Shown here: piece by piece, positions 55,568-64,000 of the stretch
How positions within the stretch are numbered: the first letter of the stretch is position 1
Layout of the letters: each line of letters starts with the position of its first letter
Virus record (IMG/VR): IMGVR_UViG_3300005611_001698
Location: 32,001 to 96,000 of that record
Source of the DNA: a virus
Taxonomy: Duplodnaviria > Caudoviricetes
Strand: one strand, 5' to 3'
Length of the DNA stretch: 64,000 nt
Notes under the pieces: model-generated
Database searches by the model: none
Seen by the model: the letters and a program-made list of their open reading frames with translations, nothing else
Told to the model about the DNA's origin: nothing
Made by a program: the position numbers and the translations under genes

Positions 55568-55853
55568 CTTTAATACCTTCCTTATACTTTTGTGTTACTT
55601 GTGGAATAGGTTCAACCAATGTAATAATCCAATCAGGAGCAACTGGAATTTCTTTCTGTGATGTCAACGGAATCCAAGGAGCAAAAACAATATCAATGTC
55701 TCTACCTTTCTCATAAAGAGCTTGTGGATCTAAGAATCGAACAGTTGCTGGATTAACAAACGTATATCCAATTACACGTTCTCCCATCACAAGTTCTTTT
55801 ACATCAGCGATAACATCCTCGCCCGATTTCAAAACTGCCAGTTTGATTGCCAT
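55515..55853 (-). CDS. Hypothetical protein (Sm-like fold possible)
   Basis: LKSGEDVIAD..PWIPL..DWIITLVEP. Confidence 0.8.
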   Translation of the reverse strand: MAIKLAVLKSGEDVIADVKELVMGERVIGYTFVNPATVRFLDPQALYEKGRDIDIVFAPWIPLTSQKEIPVAPDWIITLVEPIPQVTQKYKEGIKDGQSSSSNEQLDLGFAD

Positions 55854-55874
55854 AAGTCACATTACCTCCATCTA

Positions 55875-55927
55875 ATTATACCAAGAAAAAAGAGGGGCGT
55901 CAACTGGTTTGTGCCAGTTGCCCCTCT
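55875..55927 (-). terminator. Terminator overlapping a sigma70 promoter
   Basis: AGAGGGGCAACTGG..CCAGTTGACGCCCCTCTTTTTT; TTGACG 55903-55898, N17, TATAAT 55880-55875. Confidence 0.8.
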
Positions 55928-55950
55928 GCGGCGACGATATTCAATACTAT

Positions 55951-56217
55951 TTAGTCTCTAATAATCACTTTAATTTTTGTTTTTGAATTATCAGTATGCT
56001 TAAAGCAAGATTTTAATGGAAGAACCTTGCGTTCAGTATACCATCCCCAATTATCATACTTAGTTACATATTTAATTTTCTTACATCGTCTCCAATCTTT
56101 TCTCACCATAACATCCTTTTCAGGATGATAGTATACAGAACTATTATAATTCCTTGGGTGAGCAAATGCTGGAGACGCAATTAATAATGAAGTTAATCCA
56201 ATAATAAGTTTGTTCAT
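55951..56217 (-). CDS. Secreted basic hypothetical protein
   Basis: Signal peptide ..SPAFA. Confidence 0.7.
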   Translation of the reverse strand: MNKLIIGLTSLLIASPAFAHPRNYNSSVYYHPEKDVMVRKDWRRCKKIKYVTKYDNWGWYTERKVLPLKSCFKHTDNSKTKIKVIIRD

Positions 56218-56645
56218 AGATAATCCTTTCGTTTGTGTGCCTCTGGAACAATTTTTCCAAGCACAATATTTAGAAGCCCATCTTCAAAAGTAACTGATCT
56301 AACTTCCGTGTCCTCACTGAGTGTCCAGGAACGTGTAAAACTCCGTTGAGCCACACCCTTGTGGACGTAGTTAGTTTCCGTTTCTTTATCTTCCTTCTGA
56401 CCCTCCACAAAGAGTTTACCATCTTGTGTGTAGACATGAACTTCCTTCTTTTTGAATCCGGCAAGAGCAATCTCTAAACGAGACTCCACATTGTTTAACG
56501 AAACCAAATTGTATGGAGGATAATTTGATGTTGTCTCATGAATTGTAAATAGACGATCGAAATATTCGTCCATTCCAATAGAGTTTCTAGTAATGCGATC
56601 CAACAGTTGATTTAAGTTGGCAGCATTATACTTCGTTAGTTCCAT
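56214..56645 (-). CDS. hsp20: Small heat shock protein
   Basis: NYPPYN..LEIALAGF..RSFTRSWTL..FEDGLL; AGGAG SD. Confidence 0.95.
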   Translation of the reverse strand: MELTKYNAANLNQLLDRITRNSIGMDEYFDRLFTIHETTSNYPPYNLVSLNNVESRLEIALAGFKKKEVHVYTQDGKLFVEGQKEDKETETNYVHKGVAQRSFTRSWTLSEDTEVRSVTFEDGLLNIVLGKIVPEAHKRKDYL

Positions 56646-56719
56646 TTGTACTTCTCCTGTTAAAGCGAGATTTGATTGTGTGGACCCCGAAGGCATCCAT
56701 AATTATATATTAGCACAAG

Positions 56720-58248
56720 GCATAAAAAAGGGGGGTGTTGTAACCCGCCCTCATAATAAATACTTTTAAAATATTTTCAAATGACCAGTAGATTTTTGAC
56801 AGATGTTCTTTTTTACTTATCAAGTCTTGAAAATACTGATCTAAAAGACTCTGTAATTGATGAGGTTGATGATTTTGCTACAATTAACAGAGGAGTTATT
56901 CAATTAGAATATATTTCTTCTAAGAAAAAATCTGGCAAACCTGTGATTGCTGATGAAGTAAAAAAATTATTAGTTAAAAAGTATCAAAAAGGTAAGAGAT
57001 TAGTTTTATCTCTAAGAGATGGTGGATTGCGAATAGTCCCAGACGATGTTTACGTATCCTTTAAACAAAAACCAAAGACAGGTAAAAGCAGTAGTAGTGG
57101 GAAAAGTGTCAAAACTGCGATTCAGGAAGAGGGGAGTGCTTTTATTCTGACGCAAGTTTTGAAAAAGAATAAGAAATTTGAAAGTGCAAAAGATATTTTA
57201 AATGACACAGAAACCTTCAAAGGTTTAGAAAAAATATTTGGGTCTGCTTATAAGGATAAAATAAATGCGTGGGTGCATAGTTATTACGAACATCAAAAAG
57301 CATTCTTCAAAAAATTTCAACCATCTCAATGGGATGTTTTTGAACATGGTGGACAAGACTTCATGACTTTCATAAAAGATGAACTAAAAAAAGTTAGTGT
57401 CATGACAGTCCGTGGTAAAGTCCCTGTTGGCAAATATGAAACTTGGAATCCTGCTGATATATGGGCAGTAAAAGATAAAACAACTGTAAAAAATATGATT
57501 GATAAAGCAATAGATGGTGATCATCAAACGTTGACTGAGTTTAATAATGTTCTTTATAAATTAATTAATCAAGAAAAACTTATTGGACTATCACTTAAAA
57601 AAATTGATGACAGGCAAACAGCAAAATTCAAATATGTCAATGTGAGTCCAAAGGATATTGAATTTGCAGACGTGGAACAAATAAAGATGAAGGATATCAA
57701 AATAGAAATAGACACATCCCCATCAAAAGATGGGATGATTCAAGGTGCGTATGTTACTTTTGCTGATTATACGACTTACATCATAAGAACACCTGGGGAT
57801 AAATTTTCTAACCTAAAATATGAAAGTGTAATCAAGGGAAGTGGAGGTAAGGGTGGTGCTGCTCCTGTCAATTTAGTTGAAGATTTGATTCAATCGACAA
57901 CAAGCGAGAAAACTTTTACCAATAAACATCAAGAGTATCCTCAAACTATTGAGGAATTTAATGATGACAAACGTGATTATAAAACGATGTATAATAACTT
58001 GAAAAAATATATTAAAGGAACTAGCACTTATGATCAATTTGAATCTATGATAAAAGAAATGTTTGAATCCAACAGTGCTAAAAGCAGAGCCATAGCACAA
58101 TCAAAATTAATGCAACTTAATTTTTTCAATGATGTATTAAATGCAGAATCTGAATTCTGGACAGATTTGCTCTACATGTCTCTTAAAGTTGGAAAGAGAT
58201 TTGCACCTCACGGAAAACTCGCATAAAAAAGGAGGGTGTTGGTAACCC
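56720..58248. repeat. Imperfect 27-28 bp direct repeats flanking a plus-strand gene
   Basis: gcataaaaaaggggggtgttg-taaccc (56720-56746) vs gcataaaaaaggagggtgttggtaaccc (58221-58248). Confidence 0.8.
56781..58226 (+). CDS. Putative PD-(D/E)XK nuclease-like protein (related to 47878-49053)
   Basis: TAIQE..WNPADIWAV..IGLSLKK; TAATAAATA late promoter upstream. Confidence 0.6.
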   Translation: MTSRFLTDVLFYLSSLENTDLKDSVIDEVDDFATINRGVIQLEYISSKKKSGKPVIADEVKKLLVKKYQKGKRLVLSLRDGGLRIVPDDVYVSFKQKPKTGKSSSSGKSVKTAIQEEGSAFILTQVLKKNKKFESAKDILNDTETFKGLEKIFGSAYKDKINAWVHSYYEHQKAFFKKFQPSQWDVFEHGGQDFMTFIKDELKKVSVMTVRGKVPVGKYETWNPADIWAVKDKTTVKNMIDKAIDGDHQTLTEFNNVLYKLINQEKLIGLSLKKIDDRQTAKFKYVNVSPKDIEFADVEQIKMKDIKIEIDTSPSKDGMIQGAYVTFADYTTYIIRTPGDKFSNLKYESVIKGSGGKGGAAPVNLVEDLIQSTTSEKTFTNKHQEYPQTIEEFNDDKRDYKTMYNNLKKYIKGTSTYDQFESMIKEMFESNSAKSRAIAQSKLMQLNFFNDVLNAESEFWTDLLYMSLKVGKRFAPHGKLA

Positions 58249-58303
58249 TCCTTGTAGCGTATATTCCTTTTGTAGCGTGTCGCGCACGAAAGCGACGTTC
58301 TAT

Positions 58304-58735
58304 TTAGGACTCTTGTGTCTTCTTTTTACCAATGTTATATTTTGTTTCAAGGGTCCACTCATTCTTTTCTTTGAAAGAGAGAACCTTGATTTGATTCAGA
58401 GGAGCAATCTCAGTGATAGTCTCAGCGTTGACTACCTCAATGAGTCCCCAATCAGAAAGAAGTTGAGTAATACGATTACGACGTTGAACATCATTAGGAG
58501 TAAGATTGGCATGTTTGCCATCCAGAGCAAACAACTCCTTAAAGTGAACGATAAAGTATCTTCCTTGCTTATGAAGAATGTGGCAAGACTGATACAGTTT
58601 CTTTTCTTTGCGTGATGCTACTCCAATACGAGTCAGTGTCTCACGCACTTTGAGAAAGTCATCAGGTTCTCTCAGTCTTACTTCAATCATCTGGTCCTGG
58701 GACCACTGTACCTCAGGTTCTTTCACCGTGCTCAT
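58304..58735 (-). CDS. regA: Translational repressor RegA
   Basis: DFLKVRETLTRIG..QSCHILHKQGRYFIVHFKELF. Confidence 0.97.
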   Translation of the reverse strand: MSTVKEPEVQWSQDQMIEVRLREPDDFLKVRETLTRIGVASRKEKKLYQSCHILHKQGRYFIVHFKELFALDGKHANLTPNDVQRRNRITQLLSDWGLIEVVNAETITEIAPLNQIKVLSFKEKNEWTLETKYNIGKKKTQES

Positions 58736-59100
58736 TTTGCGCCTCCAATGTCAAGCCGTTGCTTAATAAATTCGATTTGTTGTTTAGATAAAATCCTCAG
58801 TGCCTGAGATGCTTTCTCATTGCTGTAACCATAATATTGTTTTACAATATCGAGGTCTTGTACTTTATCTTTTTTGATCCAAGGAGAGAATCTCTTCCTT
58901 TTCCTCAGACTATTTAGATAAAATTGATATTGCATATCTTTATCCAACTGATGATTCATGTTCATCTCATTAGCAAACATAATACAATCAATGTGACCAG
59001 ACAAACAACGATTGACAATATATGGGGGATAAGACTTAATCTCCCCAGACAGATCCTCTTTGTTATAATTGATAGAGTTAAGCCAGTCCTTTAATTCCAT
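58732..59100 (-). CDS. g62: Clamp loader small subunit gp62
   Basis: YPPYIVNRCLS..RKRKRFSPW..YYGYSNEKA. Confidence 0.93.
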   Translation of the reverse strand: MELKDWLNSINYNKEDLSGEIKSYPPYIVNRCLSGHIDCIMFANEMNMNHQLDKDMQYQFYLNSLRKRKRFSPWIKKDKVQDLDIVKQYYGYSNEKASQALRILSKQQIEFIKQRLDIGGAK

Positions 59101-59968
59101 AATTCATCAACACAAGTTCTTTACGATCTTTTTGTTCACGCATGTATTCTCCAACAGAACGCATCGTATAAGTCAGATCAAACTCACCTGCTTTCCAACC
59201 TTGAAAACGATCCTTTACAAGTTGATCCGAATTGTAACTCACCATGCAGTGGGCATCAGTGAAGTCCATGCGTTTGGCAAATAGATCATGATCAAATCTC
59301 TTATGCATATCTCCCTTACGACCATAGAGATTGTCTTTAATGTCGTATGGTGGATCGAGATAGATGAAGGTCTTAGGAGATGTTTCCATCATCATCTCGT
59401 AAGAGTAATTTGTAATAGTCCAGTTCTGGATTAGTTTAGAATATTCAGGAAGTTTCAGGATGCCTCGCATCGAGAAGTTTGAATCAGATGCTTGGGCAGA
59501 AAAGGATGAGGACTCAGTGAGACCAGAAAAAGAGCACTTGTTAACAACATAAAAAGCAACGGCAGAATATACGGGTTCACGGTCCCCGTGGAGGGATGCT
59601 CGGATTTCTGGGGCGTCACCAGTGTTGTCAAGAAAGTCCTTAGCCTCGAAAAATAACCCACGGGCAGATCCTCTATCTGGGTATCGTGATTTAAGTTCTT
59701 GGAGTTGTCTCGTAATTTCATCAGCGTTGTCCCTCAATTGAATCCAAAAATTATAAAGAGGACCATAAAGATCATTCACCCAAACCTTAATGTTTGGATA
59801 CTTCTTGGTTATGTGTAAAGCAACACTACCGCCACCAAGAAACGGTTCACGATATTCATCGTAGTTTCTAAGATCAGGGAAATACTGATCCATTTTGGTG
59901 CAAGCACGGGACTTGCCACCAGGGTAGCGAATCGGCGTCTTAAGAGATTTCAACGACTTCATAATCAA
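59078..59968 (-). CDS. dam: DNA adenine methyltransferase (Dam/D12 class)
   Basis: RYPGGKS, EPFLGGGS, YLDPPY. Confidence 0.92.
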   Translation of the reverse strand: MIMKSLKSLKTPIRYPGGKSRACTKMDQYFPDLRNYDEYREPFLGGGSVALHITKKYPNIKVWVNDLYGPLYNFWIQLRDNADEITRQLQELKSRYPDRGSARGLFFEAKDFLDNTGDAPEIRASLHGDREPVYSAVAFYVVNKCSFSGLTESSSFSAQASDSNFSMRGILKLPEYSKLIQNWTITNYSYEMMMETSPKTFIYLDPPYDIKDNLYGRKGDMHKRFDHDLFAKRMDFTDAHCMVSYNSDQLVKDRFQGWKAGEFDLTYTMRSVGEYMREQKDRKELVLMNYGIKGLA

Positions 59969-60258
59969 AAATAATATTTACCAGGTGTTGTATAAACAGG
60001 ATGTCTCTGATCTTCTCCATGATGACTGTAACCGTTTCCATGGCAGTGCCTGTGTTCATGAATGATGCCAGATCCCTGATGAAAGTGAAAATGTTTATGG
60101 CATACACTAGGACGATGATGTCCTCCATCATAATGATGGTAATGATAATTATGGGAATGATGACCGTCAAACGGTTCCCAGAATTCCTTCCAAGTAATTG
60201 CGTTAGCAGGTGTGGAGAGTAGAGTCAGACCACCAAGAAGAAACAGATACTTTTTCAT
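59965..60258 (-). CDS. His-rich secreted protein
   Basis: Signal peptide ..TPANA; dense His clusters. Confidence 0.7.
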   Translation of the reverse strand: MKKYLFLLGGLTLLSTPANAITWKEFWEPFDGHHSHNYHYHHYDGGHHRPSVCHKHFHFHQGSGIIHEHRHCHGNGYSHHGEDQRHPVYTTPGKYYF

Positions 60259-61211
60259 TTGAATTCACACTCACACATAATCTCAGTCAACGCCGCGATC
60301 AGGTTGATTTCCTGATCGGCTACAAACGCGATCTGATACTGATACTTAGCAATAATGAGCACAGCAGCAGGAATGCTAGGGTTTTCAAGGGCATCAACCA
60401 GAGCATCGTAAACACGACGCAACAATACCCCAGGATCATTGTCCAGATTAGCCACCACCCATTTCCGAACTTCCGTGAAGTTCTTCTCTTTGAGACATTT
60501 AATGAGATCATTGATTTTTACGTCACTAAATTGGGCAAGAATTGCAGAATCAATCTTTCCACCAACACTATAACGTTGGCACTCATTCAGAACACGACGC
60601 CAATCAGGGAAGTGTTTGTTGATGAGTTCTACCAGGACCTTGTTATCAGATTCAACACCTTCTGTAACCAAGATTTCTTGGAGGCGCTTGAAGAACTGTG
60701 CTGCGATTGCTGGTTTTTGTTTGTTTGTAATTGTAAACTCCACGACGGCACATCGGGAGTGGAGGGGTTCAATGATCTTGTTCTTGTAGTTGCAGGTGAA
60801 GATGAATCGACAGTTGTTATAAAACGCCTCAATATTTGCCCGTAAGAGGAGTTGTACATCATGGGTTGTGTTATCAGCCTCATCAATGATGATGACTTTG
60901 TGTTTACCAGTTGCTTGAAGTGATACGGTCGAAGCAAAGTTCTTTGCTTGGTTCCGTACCGTGTCCAGAAATCGTCCTTCGTCAGATCCATTGATAATAA
61001 TGTAGTCACAACCAAGTTGTTCACAAAGGGCACGGGCAATGGTTGTCTTGCCGCACCCCGCTGGTCCTGCTAACAGGAGATTGGAGATTTCTCCCCTCTC
61101 AACAAAATCCTGAAATGTGGACTTGATTGATTCGGGAAGAATACACTCTTCAACCGTGCGTGGTCTGTAAGATTCCACCCACAAAAATGGTTTATTTCCA
61201 GAATGATTCAT
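60255..61211 (-). CDS. g44: Clamp loader large subunit gp44
   Basis: WVESYRP, GPAGCGKT, DEAD, SRC. Confidence 0.96.
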   Translation of the reverse strand: MNHSGNKPFLWVESYRPRTVEECILPESIKSTFQDFVERGEISNLLLAGPAGCGKTTIARALCEQLGCDYIIINGSDEGRFLDTVRNQAKNFASTVSLQATGKHKVIIIDEADNTTHDVQLLLRANIEAFYNNCRFIFTCNYKNKIIEPLHSRCAVVEFTITNKQKPAIAAQFFKRLQEILVTEGVESDNKVLVELINKHFPDWRRVLNECQRYSVGGKIDSAILAQFSDVKINDLIKCLKEKNFTEVRKWVVANLDNDPGVLLRRVYDALVDALENPSIPAAVLIIAKYQYQIAFVADQEINLIAALTEIMCECEFK

Positions 61212-61213
61212 AC

Positions 61214-61882
61214 TTACGAGCCATACTTAAAGTCGGGTTCCAGAGCAATATAATAAGTCAGATTACGATCTTTGCTCTTAAAACGAGAAAGACCAGATTT
61301 AGAAACTACAACTTCATAAGAACCAGGAATCACCTTGATATTCTCAACCTTGAAGTTGAATTCAAATACCTCATCAGTCTCTCCAACTACAATTTCATGA
61401 GTATTGGAAGTCTCATTCTTCTTGTCGCGGACAACAAGTTTAACCACACCGTTCTCTCCAACAGCAGATAGATCAGGCACCTGATACACTGCTGCTGCTT
61501 TCAGCAGGCGATCAAGGTCTTGTGTGGTAAGAATGAAGCAAACGTCCTCAGAGGGCAGCGTGAGCGTCTTTTCAGGAGGAGAAATGATGACGTTGGGATC
61601 TGCAAAGAAGTACTTAGATCGTGATTTATCTTCACGAACAACAACATAGTTGTCATTATCAAAATCAAGATCAGGACTGCGATGCAGTGACATCCCGTTC
61701 AAGAACTGATTTAGATCATAGATACCAAAGTCCTTAGGGAACTCTTCATCAATCGTTGCCTCTGCAAGGATATTTTTCATCACACTGATAGTGCGAAGAG
61801 AGTTACCCTCTTTGAATAGCAGCGACTGATTGATGTTGCTGAAATTTTTGAGCAGAGTCAGAGTGGAATCAGAAAGTTTCAT
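61214..61882 (-). CDS. g45: Sliding clamp gp45
   Basis: LKNFSNINQS..FGIYDLNQFL..YYIALE. Confidence 0.95.
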   Translation of the reverse strand: MKLSDSTLTLLKNFSNINQSLLFKEGNSLRTISVMKNILAEATIDEEFPKDFGIYDLNQFLNGMSLHRSPDLDFDNDNYVVVREDKSRSKYFFADPNVIISPPEKTLTLPSEDVCFILTTQDLDRLLKAAAVYQVPDLSAVGENGVVKLVVRDKKNETSNTHEIVVGETDEVFEFNFKVENIKVIPGSYEVVVSKSGLSRFKSKDRNLTYYIALEPDFKYGS

Positions 61883-62354
61883 ATGGTTGGGGGTTTTCAT
61901 TACAAAGGCCAGCAAAGTGATAGAGAAGAATGCAATAATGGATTGCTTTCAGAATGTCCTGTTTGGACTTACCGTTCTTCTTACCGAAACGTGAGAGGTA
62001 TTTGATAGCATTAGATCGACAGAAAGGTTCTGCATCACCAATACCCTCAATCAAATCAAGAGTTTGAGTCTTAGATCCCTCAAAAGCATAATGGGAATGA
62101 TAAGTTCCACCAAGATACTCACGAATCTCTTTGAGGATTACATCCTCATTATACTTCCAAAAACCGTTAGTGTTACTAGGAGCATCTGGAAGATCGGGAA
62201 TATTCAGATCAAAGGAGATGCAATCTTCATCCTCGCCAAGATAGTTCATATAAACTTCCGCAGCAGCGAGTGGACCATTTTCATCATAGTTGTATTCAAA
62301 AATGTTTGTTGCAGTGTCAGTCATGGCATAATAAAAAGAAGAAGAGTTTATCAT
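61869..62354 (-). CDS. DUF3310-like protein
   Basis: HY..FCRSNAIKYLSRFGKK..DILKAIHY. Confidence 0.7.
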   Translation of the reverse strand: MINSSSFYYAMTDTATNIFEYNYDENGPLAAAEVYMNYLGEDEDCISFDLNIPDLPDAPSNTNGFWKYNEDVILKEIREYLGGTYHSHYAFEGSKTQTLDLIEGIGDAEPFCRSNAIKYLSRFGKKNGKSKQDILKAIHYCILLYHFAGLCNENPQPYETF

Positions 62355-63406
62355 CAGGATTCTACATCAAACTGTACGTCAGTGTCAACCTTATCATAAA
62401 GATCCATGAAAGCTTGTTTGGTCTCATCGTCGAAACGATTCAGGCAGACTTGAATTGCCTTTGCTTTGTCGCCAAAGATCTTGTATGCCTGAATAATGTG
62501 AACCAGACGACGAGTAGAGATCACCTCATCAATACCACCATCATAGAAAGTCTTACGGATAATGTCTGCCCAATCAGCAAGACGCTGACAGAACTGTTGA
62601 TCATCACACAGTTTATTCAGGATCTTAGTTTCAGTAGCAGCAGTAGGATACTCCTGCTCAAAGGTCACACAGAAACGTTCAAGGAATGCCTCATTCAGAA
62701 CATTAGTTCCAATAAAACGACCATCATCAGATCCCTTACCCTTAGTATTGGCAGTGGCAATCACATTGAAACCAGCAGTTGGTTGAATGTACTTACCAAT
62801 CTTTTTCAGAAAGACTCCCTTTCCTTCTAGGATCGATTGAAGGCAAAGAATCTTGTTGGAAGCCAAGTCAATCTCGTCAAGCAGTAGAATCGCACCGCGT
62901 TCCAGGGCTTCGATGACTGGGCCATTGTGCCAAACGGTTTCACCACCGACAAGACGGAATCCACCAATGAGATCATCTTCATCAGTCTCAATCGTAATGT
63001 TTACACGAATCAGTTCTCGATTCAGTTGAGCACACGCTTGTTCGACACCGAACGTTTTACCATTACCCGAAAGACCCGTAATGAACGTAGGATAAAAAAG
63101 GCGGGACTCAATAATTTTTTTAAGATCACCAAAGTTACCAAACTTGACGAAGGAATCATCTTTCTCAGGAATAAGATTTTGTTCGATTGCAGGCTGAGCA
63201 GCAGGTGCCTGATAAGTTTTTTCTAGTTTTTCTTGCACAGTCAGATTCCACTTACCACGACCAATTTTGTATTGTTCCAGACGCTTAGTGACAGTTTGAT
63301 AGCTAGTGCCGTTCATTGCACACCAAGCACGAACGTCACCAGTGGTTACAGATTCTCCGTAGAGATTTTGAAGTGAGGTGACGACGTATTGAGTGGAGAG
63401 AGACAT
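62354..63406 (-). CDS. cobS: CobS/MoxR-like AAA+ ATPase
   Basis: GLSGNGKT, LLDEID, TANTKGKG, NEAFLERF. Confidence 0.9.
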   Translation of the reverse strand: MSLSTQYVVTSLQNLYGESVTTGDVRAWCAMNGTSYQTVTKRLEQYKIGRGKWNLTVQEKLEKTYQAPAAQPAIEQNLIPEKDDSFVKFGNFGDLKKIIESRLFYPTFITGLSGNGKTFGVEQACAQLNRELIRVNITIETDEDDLIGGFRLVGGETVWHNGPVIEALERGAILLLDEIDLASNKILCLQSILEGKGVFLKKIGKYIQPTAGFNVIATANTKGKGSDDGRFIGTNVLNEAFLERFCVTFEQEYPTAATETKILNKLCDDQQFCQRLADWADIIRKTFYDGGIDEVISTRRLVHIIQAYKIFGDKAKAIQVCLNRFDDETKQAFMDLYDKVDTDVQFDVES

Positions 63407-63419
63407 GAGTTTGTTTTGT

Positions 63420-63830
63420 TCACTCCGTTATTATAACGGAGGAATCGGTCCTAGTGACGGGTGGGTAGACAGGTTTCCGAAGTGTCACAGTCGGTTCATC
63501 GTCAAATGGTCTGGTGTACTCATGGTGAACAGTCTTGCCAGCATGAAGTCTACTCGTCATGCAATCAAATCCTGGCATTGGATTACAATCACCACAAGTA
63601 AAGATATCACACACAGCCATCTTTTTTTCTGGCCATGTGTGAATGCTAATGTGAGATTCCGCAAGAAGTGTTACTGCCGTAACTCCCTGAGGTTCAAACT
63701 GATGAGATACTGTATTTAAAAACGTAGCACCACACTGTCGTGATGTTTCGTATAACATATTCTCAATATAAATTCTATCATTTAAAAAATTTGGATCACA
63801 GTCGTAAAGTGTGAAAAGAACATGTTTCAT
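63420..63830 (-). CDS. speD: S-adenosylmethionine decarboxylase proenzyme
   Basis: HQFEPQGVT..LAESHISIHTWPE..DIFTCG. Confidence 0.93.
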   Translation of the reverse strand: MKHVLFTLYDCDPNFLNDRIYIENMLYETSRQCGATFLNTVSHQFEPQGVTAVTLLAESHISIHTWPEKKMAVCDIFTCGDCNPMPGFDCMTSRLHAGKTVHHEYTRPFDDEPTVTLRKPVYPPVTRTDSSVIITE

Positions 63831-63833
63831 TAG

Positions 63834-64000
63834 TTACACCCAATCTGGTTTTCTGGATTTGTCACGAAGATAATTAGATGCAACCCAAGGTTTGCTGCTA
63901 ATGTAATTTTTGTAAGCAGTAAAAGTGTCAATGCTTGCGTCATATTTAAACTCATCAGGCATTGCCCTCACAAATGGCGTTGTATCTTTACCACTACGAC
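63834..64000 (-). CDS. C-terminus of a conserved protein (pyrimidine-dimer glycosylase-like), 5'-partial
   Basis: ..TPFVRAMPDEFK..AYKNYISSKPWV..RKPDWV*. Confidence 0.55.
   Translation of the reverse strand, partial: RSGKDTTPFVRAMPDEFKYDASIDTFTAYKNYISSKPWVASNYLRDKSRKPDWV

Noticed and set aside
58277-58615. Plus-strand 112-aa ORF
   Set aside because: Antisense to regA.

Overview
A 64-kb segment of a T4-like cyanophage (cyanomyovirus) genome, mostly encoded on the minus strand. Contents in order: tail/baseplate genes (tape-measure/hub with amidase domain, g51, g26, g54, g4, g2, g48, g53); g32, g59, g33, exonuclease, phoH and thyX; a nitrogen-responsive glutamine-riboswitch/DUF4278 module; glutaredoxin, psbA with a PhotoRC-II leader, hli and a porin-like gene; a 14-kb nucleotide-sugar/glycosyltransferase island headed by a manA RNA; six tRNAs next to an HNH endonuclease; a block of signal-peptide/membrane proteins with a lysozyme; GIY-YIG, nrdB, nrdA and primase; putative head-internal proteins; mazG, g41, uvsX, g43, hsp20, regA, g62, dam, g44, g45, cobS and speD. 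Three candidate novelties stand out. (1) A 54-codon ORF lies wholly inside the P2 loop of the second of two tandem glutamine-riboswitch aptamers, downstream of an NtcA box. (2) A T TTT TTC -1 slippery site would fuse g26 to g51 directly upstream of the tape-measure gene, like lambda G/GT. (3) There are several late-promoter small RNAs or structured leaders, plus a nucleotidyltransferase with a capsid-targeting-like N-terminus. All family assignments come from motif recognition and recall, not database searches.
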